64,000 bases of DNA from an uncultured Erysipelotrichaceae bacterium (GCA_902785645.1 CACZZG010000001.1:17224-81223), one strand, 5' to 3'. Shown: positions 17,025-26,438, numbered from the stretch's first letter. Notes: generated from the sequence alone by a model not told the origin. Program-made: numbers and translations.

Positions 17025-17666
17025 ATGAAACTATCAAGATTGGTTTTATTAATTCCTATGGTTTTTACATTAGGTTGTAAAAAACAAAACTTCAAACCTA
17101 ATGATCCAGGTGATGATATCACAATGATTAGTGAAGAAAGATTTAATGATATCTTCCATAACTACAAGTTATTTTTAGAAGACAATGTCGTTATTAAAAC
17201 AGATATTTCTAATAATGATGAACCACTTTATTTTGAAGCCGATCATGGCGATATGAAATATTACTATGAAAAAGACACAGAATTAGATCATGAATACATC
17301 TATTACTATGGTGATAAAGGATTTGATATTATCGCTTATGATAAAGGTCAATCTGGTTGGTTTGTGAAAGATCATTATAATGATCCTAAAGATTTAGAGT
17401 TTGTTTTATTTGATGAAGCCGCTTTCGTGCCATTTGAATACAAAGATCTCGTTCGTGATGAAGATAAAAAGATTTATAGAATTCCTTCTACAACATTAAC
17501 CAATGGTAAAGAGATTATGTATTTCACAAATGTCGAACTATCTTTCTATGATGGAAGACCATCCTCTATTAGCTTTGCATTCCAATTTGGAGATCATCCT
17601 GGTGATGGTGGAACAGGGGTGCAAAATTACAGTTATGGTTCCGCGAGAATCGTCAATCCTAAATAA
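17025..17666 (+). CDS. Lipoprotein, tandem paralog family member 1 (213 aa)
   Basis: RBS AAGGAG and lipobox 'FTLGC'. Colinear with the next two genes ('FLEDNVVIK', 'YFEADHGDMKYY', 'LVRDEDKKIY', 'ELSFYDGRPSSI'). Confidence 0.8.
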   Translation: MKLSRLVLLIPMVFTLGCKKQNFKPNDPGDDITMISEERFNDIFHNYKLFLEDNVVIKTDISNNDEPLYFEADHGDMKYYYEKDTELDHEYIYYYGDKGFDIIAYDKGQSGWFVKDHYNDPKDLEFVLFDEAAFVPFEYKDLVRDEDKKIYRIPSTTLTNGKEIMYFTNVELSFYDGRPSSISFAFQFGDHPGDGGTGVQNYSYGSARIVNPK

Positions 17667-17673
17667 GTAAATA

Positions 17674-17696
17674 GGCCATCAAATGATGGTCTTTTT
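17674..17696 (+). terminator. Rho-independent terminator
   Basis: Hairpin GGCCATC-AAAT-GATGGTC followed by TTTTT. Confidence 0.7.
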
Positions 17697-17771
17697 ATTT
17701 ATAAAACACAATCAACTTTAATATTTGAAAAGTGTTATATATAATTTGATTAAGCAATAGGAGACAATAAT

Positions 17772-18416
17772 ATGAAATTATCAAGATTAGTTTTATTAAT
17801 ACCGATGGTCTTTACAATGGGTTGTAAGAAACAAAACTTCAAACCAAATGACCCAGGAGAAGATGTCACCCTCATTAGTGAAGAAGAATTCAACGCAATC
17901 TTCCATGATTACAAATTATTCTTAGAAGATAACGTCGTCATTAAAAGCCTCATCTCACATTATCCTGGCGAAGCGTTTTATTTTGAAGCCGATCATGGCG
18001 ACATGAAATACTACGCCGAAAAAGATTCAGAACTAGAACAAAGATATATCTATCTTGATGGTACAAAGGGATTTGATATCATCGCTTATGATAAGAACAG
18101 CTCTGGTTGGTTTGTTAATGAACATCATGATAACTATCGTGATTTAACGATTGTCTTATTCAACCAAGCGATGTTTGCACCCCTTGATTATAGTGATTTA
18201 GTCCGTGATGAAGATCGTAAAATCTATAAGATTCCTGCTTCCATTATCACTGTGGGAGAGATGTCTGTATTATTTAAAAACGCGGAATTATCATTCTATG
18301 ATGGTAAACCAACATCGATTAATTTCGAATTCCAACCAACAGATTCTCCAAGCGACGCTGGAAGCGGTTCACAAACATTTACTTACGGTTCCGCAAAAGT
18401 AGTGAATCCTAAATAA
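17772..18416 (+). CDS. Lipoprotein, tandem paralog family member 2 (214 aa)
   Basis: Lipobox 'FTMGC'. The first ~30 residues are nearly identical to member 1 at protein level, with many synonymous DNA differences. Confidence 0.8.
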   Translation: MKLSRLVLLIPMVFTMGCKKQNFKPNDPGEDVTLISEEEFNAIFHDYKLFLEDNVVIKSLISHYPGEAFYFEADHGDMKYYAEKDSELEQRYIYLDGTKGFDIIAYDKNSSGWFVNEHHDNYRDLTIVLFNQAMFAPLDYSDLVRDEDRKIYKIPASIITVGEMSVLFKNAELSFYDGKPTSINFEFQPTDSPSDAGSGSQTFTYGSAKVVNPK

Positions 18417-18431
18417 TTAATATCGATAAAA

Positions 18432-18453
18432 GGCCATCAACGATGGTCTTTTT
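18432..18453 (+). terminator. Rho-independent terminator, duplicated copy of the one at 17674
   Basis: Hairpin GGCCATC-AAC-GATGGTC followed by TTTTT. Confidence 0.7.
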
Positions 18454-18528
18454 ACTTATAAAAAATAATCAACTTTATTATTTTATGAAGCTTATATATA
18501 ATTTGATTAAACAAATAGGAGAAAAAAT

Positions 18529-19191
18529 ATGAAATTATCTAGATTATTCTTATTAATTCCCGCTTTCATGATGATGGGATGTAAAAACCATAATTTTCAA
18601 CCAAGTGGTAATCCTTCTTCACAAGAGGAAAGTTCTGAACCAGAAAAGAACACAGTCGTTACTGAAGAAGAATTTAACGCGATATTCCAACAACAAAAAT
18701 TATTCTTAGAAGATAATGTTGTGGTTAAAACCGTTTTTTCTACAGGTGAAAGAGATTTCTTTATTGAAGCGGAAAATTGCGAAGCCAAATATTACAAATC
18801 TGGCGATACAGATTTAGATATGACATATTTAGACTTCGAAGTTACTAAAGATTATTTTTCGGTTGTTCAATATAAAGACGGTTATTGGTATCAGACAGAC
18901 AATCTCCAAATGAGCGAACTCAAAGAATACTTATTTGATAAAGCGTGCTTTGTCCCATTCTTATTCAGCGATTTCATTTATAATGAAAATCATCAAGCTT
19001 ATGGCGCACAACAAATCTATATGGAAGTTGGAGACCATAAAGTATATTTCAAGAATATTGAAATTAAGTTTGAAGATAAAAAACCAACCTCAATTACTTG
19101 TTCATATTATCCAAAAGAACATCCAGAAAACGAAGAAGGTATGGAGCAGACCTATACTTACGGAAACGCCCACGTCGATAATCCAAAATAA
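18529..19191 (+). CDS. Lipoprotein, tandem paralog family member 3 (220 aa, more diverged)
   Basis: Lipobox 'MMMGC'. It shares 'EEEFNAIF', 'KLFLEDNVVVK', 'FKNIEIKFEDKKPTSI' and 'YTYGNAHVDNPK' with members 1 and 2. Confidence 0.8.
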   Translation: MKLSRLFLLIPAFMMMGCKNHNFQPSGNPSSQEESSEPEKNTVVTEEEFNAIFQQQKLFLEDNVVVKTVFSTGERDFFIEAENCEAKYYKSGDTDLDMTYLDFEVTKDYFSVVQYKDGYWYQTDNLQMSELKEYLFDKACFVPFLFSDFIYNENHQAYGAQQIYMEVGDHKVYFKNIEIKFEDKKPTSITCSYYPKEHPENEEGMEQTYTYGNAHVDNPK

Positions 19192-19206
19192 ATAAAACAA
19201 CAAACG

Positions 19207-19234
19207 AAAAAAGCTGACCGTTGAGTCAGCTTTT
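19207..19234. terminator. Bidirectional terminator between convergent genes
   Basis: AAAAAA, then stem AGCTGAC / loop / GTCAGCT, then TTTT. Confidence 0.75.
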
Positions 19235-19247
19235 CATTTGCACTTTA

Positions 19248-21716
19248 TTAATATAAAGCAATGTTATCAAACACTAATGGAGCACCAACACTTGGGTTAG
19301 CGATAGTGAATTGAATGTTATAGAGTGTTCCAGCACCGAATCCGATGGAGTAGAAGTGCCATTCTTTCGCATAGGCAACAACGCTACCAATAGTGATGTT
19401 ACTAGTATGGTTTGCACCTCTATAACCATAGATATCTACTGTTTCATTGGTGTGGGTTGGATTATAAATCCAGAAACCAATATTACGAGCGGTACAACCA
19501 CTTAAATCGTTTGCGAGTGTTAAGGCATATCTACCTTCTGCATATCCACGAAGTTGTAAAGCTTTATGTCCACCGATGGATTCATGCGTATAGCTAGTAA
19601 TTCTATCAGCGTTAGTGGTGTCAGTATTCCATGGATTACCATATCTTCTCATGAATGTACTTTGAAGTTGTGCGGTTGTGCCATCACAATCCCAGAAGTT
19701 AGATGTGGTCATATCGAATTTTTGTGCTGCGCCAATCCAGTTTTTGTTAACGGTTTTTCCGAAATCAGATTTTGAATCAAGTAATCCATCTTTATTATTC
19801 TTCCAGAACGCACAATCTTTTAACGTTGTGCCATCGAGTGTTCCAATGAGATAACCGATTGTTTTATCATCGTAAGATCCCTCGAAATGGATACCAAATT
19901 TATTGCTAGAATATGATTCCACAGTGCCATTATATTTTTCTGTATCAATTTTTAATAATGCATCACCATTTGTGGCAATAGAAGCGATGATTAAGGCATC
20001 GCCTCCATCAACAGATCCATACCATGTGAATAGACCACTTGGATATGAAGCTTTAACTGTGATTGCACATGTGGCAGTCTTATTGCCATCTTCTGTTGTA
20101 GCAGTAATGGTGGCGCTGCCAGCACCTGTTGCGGTGATTAAACCTGTTTCATCAACAGTCACAACACTTGTGTTGTTACTTGTCCAACTAATATTGTGAT
20201 TATCGGCGTTACTAGGAGTAATTGTCGCAGTTAATTGATGTGAGTCACCAATTGATAATGTCTTAGATGATTCGCTTAATGTAATACCTGAGACTCTAAT
20301 TGGTGAATATGGTGAATGTGTATAAATTTTCACATCATCAATAGGAGTATATCTAATATTTGAATCATGGTTATTGGCGTAGATAGCAAATGCATAATAG
20401 TTCTTAGAACTATCTAATTCCATTGTGTATTCTTTCCAAGAACTTTCAGAATGAATGGTGAATTCTTTTTCGGTTCTTGTTGATTGATTAGAACTTGTAA
20501 CTTTGGAGTTATAGTATGCTAAAACTTTAAAGGTGGTATCACCAGCATAGTCACCAAATAATTTATTAACAGCGCCTCTTGCTCTAAATGAGAAAGTAGT
20601 ACCTTTACCAATGATTTGAGGAATTCCATAGTAGGCTTTTAATTGGAAATATCTATTTCCATAGTTAGCACCTTTAAATGCGACAGTATTGCTATTGTTA
20701 TATCCTCTACCGGGTTCAAATAGCATATAATCTTCGCTATTAACCATGCTCCAGCCATTTCCACCTATAGGTGAAGTAATAGAAGCATTTCCATAAAAGT
20801 CAGCGTAATAATTACCCATCACACCGGTTCCGTCATATTTAGATGAAGAACCTCTATGAGATGTCCAACCATGACCAGCTTCACTATAAGATTCAAAATC
20901 TTCGACGTTATATACGCGATAGAATGTGATTCCGGAAGATGATAATGAATATGCATCATCACTGACATTTAATGAATAAGATGGACCATCAGTAAATGTG
21001 AGGTTTAATGTTGAACCAGATAAACTAGCGGTTCCGTTATAAGATGTTGTAGTGGGTTTATTAACTGATGTTAATGTCGCATTACCATTAGATAAGTCTA
21101 ATTTATAAATGTAATTGTTATCACTTGGATTAGATGTGGTGTATGTACCGTTGATACGACCGATTTCTTCATAGAAGGAACAGGTATAACCAAGTTGAAT
21201 AGAAGTAATATTAGCTCCAGAATCTCCCGCTTCTAAAGCAAAATATCTTGTTGAAGGAATAGCAATAGGAACATTTCTATTAACAGTAATTGGATCACTT
21301 AAAGTGATGCCGTTATTGCTAATTTCTCTTGAGAGACTTGTTCTTAAAGTTAATGAACCGGTGTAATCGACGGTAATGGTGTTTAAACCAGTGACCGCAC
21401 CTTGTGTGGAGGTGAAGTTATGAACGACACCGCGGCTTGCTAATTGGGCAAAGCCATTATTAAGCAATCTGGCGTTTGTTAAAGATATTTGTACATCATT
21501 ATCGATTCCGGTTTTGACGTTTCCGACAACGTTATCTTGATATTCGTTTGTTAAAGTGAAAGGTTTGTTATTGTTGTTTAGGACAATCGAAAATTGATCA
21601 GCGTTAACTCTTTGAAATTTGGAGTTAATATTCGCTGTTGCAGCAAATGTTATAGAACCAACACCTAGAGAAATTCCTAGAACCAATGAGACTTTTTTAA
21701 ATAATGTAATGTTCAT
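19248..21716 (-). CDS. Large secreted or surface protein with a bacterial Ig-like (Big_2) domain
   Basis: N-terminal signal peptide. The central 'LSIGDSHQLTATITPSNADNHNISWTSNNTSVVTVDETGLITATGAGSATITATTEDGNKTATCAITV' is a textbook Big_2 repeat. Confidence 0.75.
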   Translation of the reverse strand: MNITLFKKVSLVLGISLGVGSITFAATANINSKFQRVNADQFSIVLNNNNKPFTLTNEYQDNVVGNVKTGIDNDVQISLTNARLLNNGFAQLASRGVVHNFTSTQGAVTGLNTITVDYTGSLTLRTSLSREISNNGITLSDPITVNRNVPIAIPSTRYFALEAGDSGANITSIQLGYTCSFYEEIGRINGTYTTSNPSDNNYIYKLDLSNGNATLTSVNKPTTTSYNGTASLSGSTLNLTFTDGPSYSLNVSDDAYSLSSSGITFYRVYNVEDFESYSEAGHGWTSHRGSSSKYDGTGVMGNYYADFYGNASITSPIGGNGWSMVNSEDYMLFEPGRGYNNSNTVAFKGANYGNRYFQLKAYYGIPQIIGKGTTFSFRARGAVNKLFGDYAGDTTFKVLAYYNSKVTSSNQSTRTEKEFTIHSESSWKEYTMELDSSKNYYAFAIYANNHDSNIRYTPIDDVKIYTHSPYSPIRVSGITLSESSKTLSIGDSHQLTATITPSNADNHNISWTSNNTSVVTVDETGLITATGAGSATITATTEDGNKTATCAITVKASYPSGLFTWYGSVDGGDALIIASIATNGDALLKIDTEKYNGTVESYSSNKFGIHFEGSYDDKTIGYLIGTLDGTTLKDCAFWKNNKDGLLDSKSDFGKTVNKNWIGAAQKFDMTTSNFWDCDGTTAQLQSTFMRRYGNPWNTDTTNADRITSYTHESIGGHKALQLRGYAEGRYALTLANDLSGCTARNIGFWIYNPTHTNETVDIYGYRGANHTSNITIGSVVAYAKEWHFYSIGFGAGTLYNIQFTIANPSVGAPLVFDNIALY

Positions 21717-21833
21717 ATTTTTCCTTCCTTTCGTAAACTGTTTAATAATATACGCTTATGTGTATGAAATGTATGTAGAAAAGTTGATAAACTTTTTGAA
21801 TAATTAGTAAACACAAAAAACTTTTTATAAAAT

Positions 21834-21864
21834 AAAAAAAGCAATTTTGAATTGCTATTTTTTT
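21834..21864. terminator. Hairpin terminator downstream of the carbonic anhydrase gene
   Basis: A-run, then stem AGCAATT / TTG / AATTGCT, then a T-run. It reads as a terminator on the minus strand. Confidence 0.65.
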
Positions 21865-21906
21865 AGTAAACTTTTTTTCAAATAAGCATGATTAAACCAA
21901 ACTTTT

Positions 21907-22425
21907 TTAAATCACTTTGTTGGTTTTAATATCATATATCATCGATACGACTTCTCCATCATATTGAGGGAATTTATCTTTGATATATTTCACTTGTTCT
22001 TTAGCGTTTATCTCACTTGCTTTATATTCATCGCATTCATCTTTAATTGCGAGTTGAATTCTTGAAAGAATTGGATCTAAATATTGTCCTTTTTCTTTGT
22101 GGATTGCCGCGTGAATTGCACCACAAGAGGTGTGACCTAACACAACGATATATTTGATATGTAGGTGTGCAATTGCGTATTCAATCGTCGCTAACTCACC
22201 TTCATTTATGACATTTCCTGCGGTTCTAATTACAAATAGTTCACCTAACCATTTATCAAATAATAATTCAGGGACTACACGAGAATCTGAACATGTAATG
22301 ATTAAGGCATACGGATGTTGCCCATCTTTATATAAAGATAATGAAGCATTTTTTAATTCTTCATTGTTTTCTATTTCTTTCGCAAATGTATTATTACCAT
22401 TTAATAATTCATCTTTAATGTTCAT
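21907..22425 (-). CDS. Beta-class carbonic anhydrase
   Basis: Zinc-ligand motifs 'CSDSRV' and 'GHTSCGA'. Confidence 0.85.
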   Translation of the reverse strand: MNIKDELLNGNNTFAKEIENNEELKNASLSLYKDGQHPYALIITCSDSRVVPELLFDKWLGELFVIRTAGNVINEGELATIEYAIAHLHIKYIVVLGHTSCGAIHAAIHKEKGQYLDPILSRIQLAIKDECDEYKASEINAKEQVKYIKDKFPQYDGEVVSMIYDIKTNKVI

Positions 22426-22507
22426 ATCTAATCAAACCTCAATAATAAGTATAATACAAAGTCATTGCGGATTGAATTACACCTTAAGGTGAATTATTAT
22501 TTTGTGT

Positions 22508-23362
22508 ATGAGCAGAAGAAGACGAAAGAAAAATCCAATTGTTGCAATTATTATTATCGGTATAGTTCTCGTTTCACTTATTATCTCTGGTGCGGGAATC
22601 GCATTTAAAGATTTTTTCATCATGATACTAATCATTGGATTTTCTGTTCTTGGAGTTCTCATTTTTGCATTAATTTGGAATCTTCCTGTTAATAAAGGAA
22701 AAAGAGGAGAAAAAAGAGTAGGCAAAATTTTGGAACGTTTAGCGGAAAAATATAATGGTTATGTCATAAATGACATCATCATTCCTAATGGCAATGGTGG
22801 AACCTCACAAATTGATCATATTTTATTATCGAGATTTGGTATTGTCGTTGTTGAAACCAAAAACTATAGTGGTCGACTATATGGAAGTGCCTCTCAACAA
22901 TATTGGACACAAGTTTTAGCTTACGGAAACACAAAAAACAAGTTGTATAATCCCTTACTTCAAAACAAAACCCATATCTATAATTTGAAACAAATAGTGG
23001 GAAACAAAATAGATTTTTACTCATGCATTGTTATATTAAGAGCCAATTTAGATTATTTAGAAATCACTGATGAAATATTTACATTAAGAGAAGTAAAAGA
23101 TTCATTAAATGAAGAACTAAAAAAAGATAATTATGATGACGAGATTATAAGAATCGCCTACGAAAAATTAATTGATTATAAAAATAATCCAATTGCGACC
23201 ACGAAAGAACACGTCAAAAACATCAAGGAAACTCAGAAAAAGATTGAACATAATATTTGTCCACGTTGTGGCGGTAAGCTCATTTTAAGAACAAGCAAAA
23301 ACGGTTCGCATTTTTATGGATGTGAAAACTATCCTAAATGTAAATTCACTAAACAAATATAA
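22508..23362 (+). CDS. Membrane-anchored NERD-domain protein with a C-terminal topoisomerase-type C4 zinc ribbon
   Basis: Two N-terminal TM helices. The NERD core is 'GTSQIDHILLSRFGIVVVETKNYSG'. The C-terminus is 'CPRCGGKLILRTSKNGSHFYGCENYPKC'. The ATG at 22508 is preferred over the TTG at 22502. Confidence 0.75.
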   Translation: MSRRRRKKNPIVAIIIIGIVLVSLIISGAGIAFKDFFIMILIIGFSVLGVLIFALIWNLPVNKGKRGEKRVGKILERLAEKYNGYVINDIIIPNGNGGTSQIDHILLSRFGIVVVETKNYSGRLYGSASQQYWTQVLAYGNTKNKLYNPLLQNKTHIYNLKQIVGNKIDFYSCIVILRANLDYLEITDEIFTLREVKDSLNEELKKDNYDDEIIRIAYEKLIDYKNNPIATTKEHVKNIKETQKKIEHNICPRCGGKLILRTSKNGSHFYGCENYPKCKFTKQI

Positions 23363-23364
23363 AC

Positions 23365-23949
23365 ATGGAAGAAGTCAGATTAATTATATTAAACACTAAC
23401 GAAATTGATATTGATGAATTATTAAAACAAGCATCATTATCTTTTGATGATGAAAGCATCACGAATGAAGTAGTGTTAAGAGAAAAGAAGGCTTCATTTT
23501 ATTTAAAAAATAAATATATAGGTGAATACCAAATATCTAGCAGTGGTAAACCAGTATCTAATAATGCATATTTCAATATCTCTCATAGTCATGGTGTGGT
23601 TGTTCTAGCAATTAATGACAATCATCCCGTCGGTGTGGATATTGAATTAATTAGAGATATGGATGATAACTTTAAAAGATATGTTTGTGATGATGGAGAA
23701 TATGAACTATCTAAAGATAATAATGAAGAATTCTTTAAAATTTGGACAAACAAAGAATCATTACTTAAATGTCTTGGTACTGGAATAAAGATGAAGATGA
23801 ATAGTGTCTCTTCTCTTCCATTAGAAGGGACAAGATTATTTGAAGGCAAAGAGTATTATTCCCGTCATATTGTGTATGGGAAATATATTATTTCTATAAC
23901 AATTTCCGATGTGGAATTTGATATAATTGCCCTGGCTGACAAGCAATAA
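23365..23949 (+). CDS. Sfp-type 4'-phosphopantetheinyl transferase
   Basis: Motifs 'PVGVDIE' and 'WTNKESLLKCLGTG'. Confidence 0.75.
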   Translation: MEEVRLIILNTNEIDIDELLKQASLSFDDESITNEVVLREKKASFYLKNKYIGEYQISSSGKPVSNNAYFNISHSHGVVVLAINDNHPVGVDIELIRDMDDNFKRYVCDDGEYELSKDNNEEFFKIWTNKESLLKCLGTGIKMKMNSVSSLPLEGTRLFEGKEYYSRHIVYGKYIISITISDVEFDIIALADKQ

Positions 23950-23950
23950 G

Positions 23951-23972
23951 TGTCCTTAAAAGGACATTTTTT
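23951..23972 (+). terminator. Rho-independent terminator
   Basis: Hairpin TGTCCTT-AAA-AGGACA followed by TTTTTT. Confidence 0.7.
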
Positions 23973-24006
23973 GTTATAATAAAATATCTATTAAGGAGAC
24001 AATGCT

Positions 24007-24537
24007 ATGGATGCAATGCAAGTTCTAATAAATAGACGTTCAATTAGAAGATTTAAACCAGAACAAATCAAAGATGAAGATTTAAAACAAATATTAGAAG
24101 CAGGAGAATACGCTCCAACGGCAAAGGGATTGCAATCTCCATTCTTTATTGCCGTTCAAGATAAGGCAGATATTGCTACTATCAATGATTTAAGTCGACA
24201 AATCATGGGTAGAGACTTCCCATCACCATATTACGGTGCCCCAACACTTATCTTAGTGTTCTATGATCGAGGAATTACTAATGATGAATTTGGTGTATTA
24301 GATGCCTCATCCGCGATTACCAATATGCTCAATGCCGCTTATGCATTAGGATTAGGCTCATGTTGGATCCATAGATGCCATCAAATGTTTGAAATGGAAG
24401 AAGGCAAAGCCTTATTAAAGAAATGGGGTATTAAAGAAGACCTCATTGGTGTTGCCTCTTTAGCTGTGGGCTATTCAGATCAAGAACAACCCAAACCAAG
24501 ACCAAGAAAAGAAAACTTCTATAAAATAGTTAAATGA
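24007..24537 (+). CDS. Nitroreductase-family oxidoreductase
   Basis: RBS AAGGAG. N-terminal 'NRRSIRRFKPEQI' and a C-terminal 'GLGSCWI' block. Confidence 0.8.
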   Translation: MDAMQVLINRRSIRRFKPEQIKDEDLKQILEAGEYAPTAKGLQSPFFIAVQDKADIATINDLSRQIMGRDFPSPYYGAPTLILVFYDRGITNDEFGVLDASSAITNMLNAAYALGLGSCWIHRCHQMFEMEEGKALLKKWGIKEDLIGVASLAVGYSDQEQPKPRPRKENFYKIVK

Positions 24538-25073
24538 TTTGCATCGATTATTTAGGTAACAAAAATATCCGTTCAGATATTGAACCATTATTTGTGTCTG
24601 CTTTTCCAGAGAACGAAAGACCATCCGCGGATTATTATTTTGCTTCTTTTAATAGTGATAACAAGAAGCTTTTTGGCTTTTATGATAATGGTCTTTTTGT
24701 GGGTTTTGCCTCTGTAGTTTTATATGAAGATATTTGCTATATATTCTTCCTCGCAGTGGATGAAAAGATGCGTCAAAAAGGATATGGTTCAAAGATATTA
24801 GATTCAATTAAAAAGATGTATGAAAAATATGTCATATTGCTTTGTTATGAAGAAGTCGATAAAAAATACAAAGATTATGAAAAACGCCGCAAAAGAGAGG
24901 CTTTTTACCTAAAAAATGGCTTTATTAACAATAATTTGAAGACTAATGAATTCGGTGTTGTTTTCCAAACTGTATACTATGGAAGTCATCAAGTAAGCTT
25001 TAAACAATATCAACAAATATTCGCCACTGGATTTGGTGAGTGGTGCATTAAGCATTTAAAGATTGCCAACTAA
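24534..25073 (+). CDS. GNAT-family N-acetyltransferase
   Basis: ATGA overlap with the upstream gene. Acetyl-CoA loop 'VDEKMRQKGYGSKILD'. Confidence 0.75.
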   Translation: MICIDYLGNKNIRSDIEPLFVSAFPENERPSADYYFASFNSDNKKLFGFYDNGLFVGFASVVLYEDICYIFFLAVDEKMRQKGYGSKILDSIKKMYEKYVILLCYEEVDKKYKDYEKRRKREAFYLKNGFINNNLKTNEFGVVFQTVYYGSHQVSFKQYQQIFATGFGEWCIKHLKIAN

Positions 25074-25106
25074 CAATTCACTTTTATTGATTGTTGAAAT
25101 ATAATG

Positions 25107-25257
25107 AACTTAGCTAGTCAAAGTCAGTATGACCTCTTGGTCTAGGCGTTACAAAATTAATGTCGTGTAGATGACAGGGCCCGTAAAAAGGTACACCATC
25201 TAGCGGTAAAGGGCAAAGCGTGCGGTCATTGGGATAGCACAGCGGCTCTTATTTTTT
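25107..25257 (+). ncRNA. Candidate structured small RNA, family not identified
   Basis: Lies between convergent genes. By my count about half G+C over roughly 110 nt, in an otherwise AT-rich window. TATAAT at 25100-25105, local stems (GACC-UCUU-GGUC; UAGAUG...CAUCUA), and it ends in ATTTTTTT. Strand and ends are uncertain. Confidence 0.25.
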
Positions 25258-25748
25258 TAATCACAGTCAATATACAAAATAGTCTTACCATTAATATAGT
25301 TATTTATTTTATCCTTCGGATAAATAGTGACAATTTTATTAATTTTATTTATTTCCGATACTTTATTAGCATTAATCTCAATAATTGTTATGATTCTTTT
25401 TAGTTTTTCCATGTGCTTTGAAAGAATTGAATATCTATTGGCACCTGTTTTTAAGATGCAATATGGTCTTTTTAAAAATAACAATGTTTTAAATATTGTT
25501 TCTGCGGACAAGTTATGAAAATGGTGATGATTCTTTTCTCCAATTGGTTGCATCAATTCAAATAAAGTCTCCCCACTTATAAAAGCATCGTTCTTTTTAA
25601 ATATCATTTTACCAACCAACTTATTCAAATCTTTTAAATGCAAGTTTTCTATTTTGATATCTATTTTGCCGTAGTTTTTGTTTTTGGACTCTGTGATACT
25701 TTTCAGAGCTTTTTCTCGGTTTCCCAGGTTAATCGTTTTAATAATCAT
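25257..25748 (-). CDS. Hypothetical protein, possibly a Barnase/EndoU/RelE-like (PBECR-type) nuclease fold
   Basis: Its 163 aa include 'GETLFELMQPIGEKNHHHFHNLSAETIFKTL..LKRPYCIL' and later 'NKIVTIYP', which resemble small standalone polyvalent-protein nuclease modules. This is a weak by-eye call. Confidence 0.3.
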   Translation of the reverse strand: MIIKTINLGNREKALKSITESKNKNYGKIDIKIENLHLKDLNKLVGKMIFKKNDAFISGETLFELMQPIGEKNHHHFHNLSAETIFKTLLFLKRPYCILKTGANRYSILSKHMEKLKRIITIIEINANKVSEINKINKIVTIYPKDKINNYINGKTILYIDCD

Positions 25749-25882
25749 ACTTTTCCTCCATTATTTAATAGGGAGAAAAACTAAATATTTTGTCATCTCA
25801 TAAATATTAGTCAAAGACTAAAAAAAATATCATAGCGTCACAGTTTGAAAGAATATAAAAATTCACATACAATACCTACCAC

Positions 25883-26299
25883 ATGAAAAACGCATTCATT
25901 CAATTTAAGAACCATTGGAAGATCAACCTATTAGTGTTCGCTATATCACTAGTATTAGGGGGAATTATTTTTGTTTTATTCTTCTTTTTAAGAAATCGCT
26001 CTTTTATGGATGCAGTAAATGGTGTTTCTTTAGCGGCATTGTTCGTTCTTTTATCCGGTCTATTAGCTTTATTAGCGTTTTTAGGAGCTTTTGATACCTT
26101 TGCTTTTGGTTTCAAACAACTCGGAAGCATGATGTTTGCGAAAAACGCGAGGAGAGATGGAACATACGCTGATTATCGTGATAAAAAGCGTGAAAAAAGA
26201 ACATCTTCATCTCATAGTTATTTAGCGATTATTGCTGCAGGATTAATTATATTAATAGCAGCGATAATTTTAGAGATTATTTATCACAGCAAATTTTAG
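25883..26299 (+). CDS. Small membrane protein (DUF3899-like)
   Basis: Three or four TM helices with a basic cytoplasmic loop, 'ARRDGTYADYRDKKREKR'. Confidence 0.5.
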   Translation: MKNAFIQFKNHWKINLLVFAISLVLGGIIFVLFFFLRNRSFMDAVNGVSLAALFVLLSGLLALLAFLGAFDTFAFGFKQLGSMMFAKNARRDGTYADYRDKKREKRTSSSHSYLAIIAAGLIILIAAIILEIIYHSKF

Positions 26300-26438
26300 T
26301 TTTTAATTGCATATTTTTTATAAGAAAATCGGTATTTGGTTATCGATCTTTTTGTTTTTTCGCTTTACTTACTTTGCACGCCTATTATATAATATGCACA
26401 CTTTTTATAACTTACACACGAGAGGAGGTAAGGAAAAC

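Noticed and set aside
25100-25257. Identification of the G+C-rich intergenic block as SRP (4.5S/scRNA) RNA.
   Set aside because: Neither strand contains the conserved domain IV elements (a GGAA-type tetraloop flanked by the AGCA/GGAAGCAGC motif). The resemblance to the E. coli 4.5S 3' half is limited to a few short words. It is kept only as an unclassified candidate RNA.
26307-26438. A 44-codon N-terminal extension of the protease ORF in the ORF track (MHIFYKKIGIW...).
   Set aside because: It has no RBS. The internal ATG at 26439 is preceded by AGGAGG and begins a canonical lipoprotein signal. The extension overlaps what looks like promoter and leader sequence.
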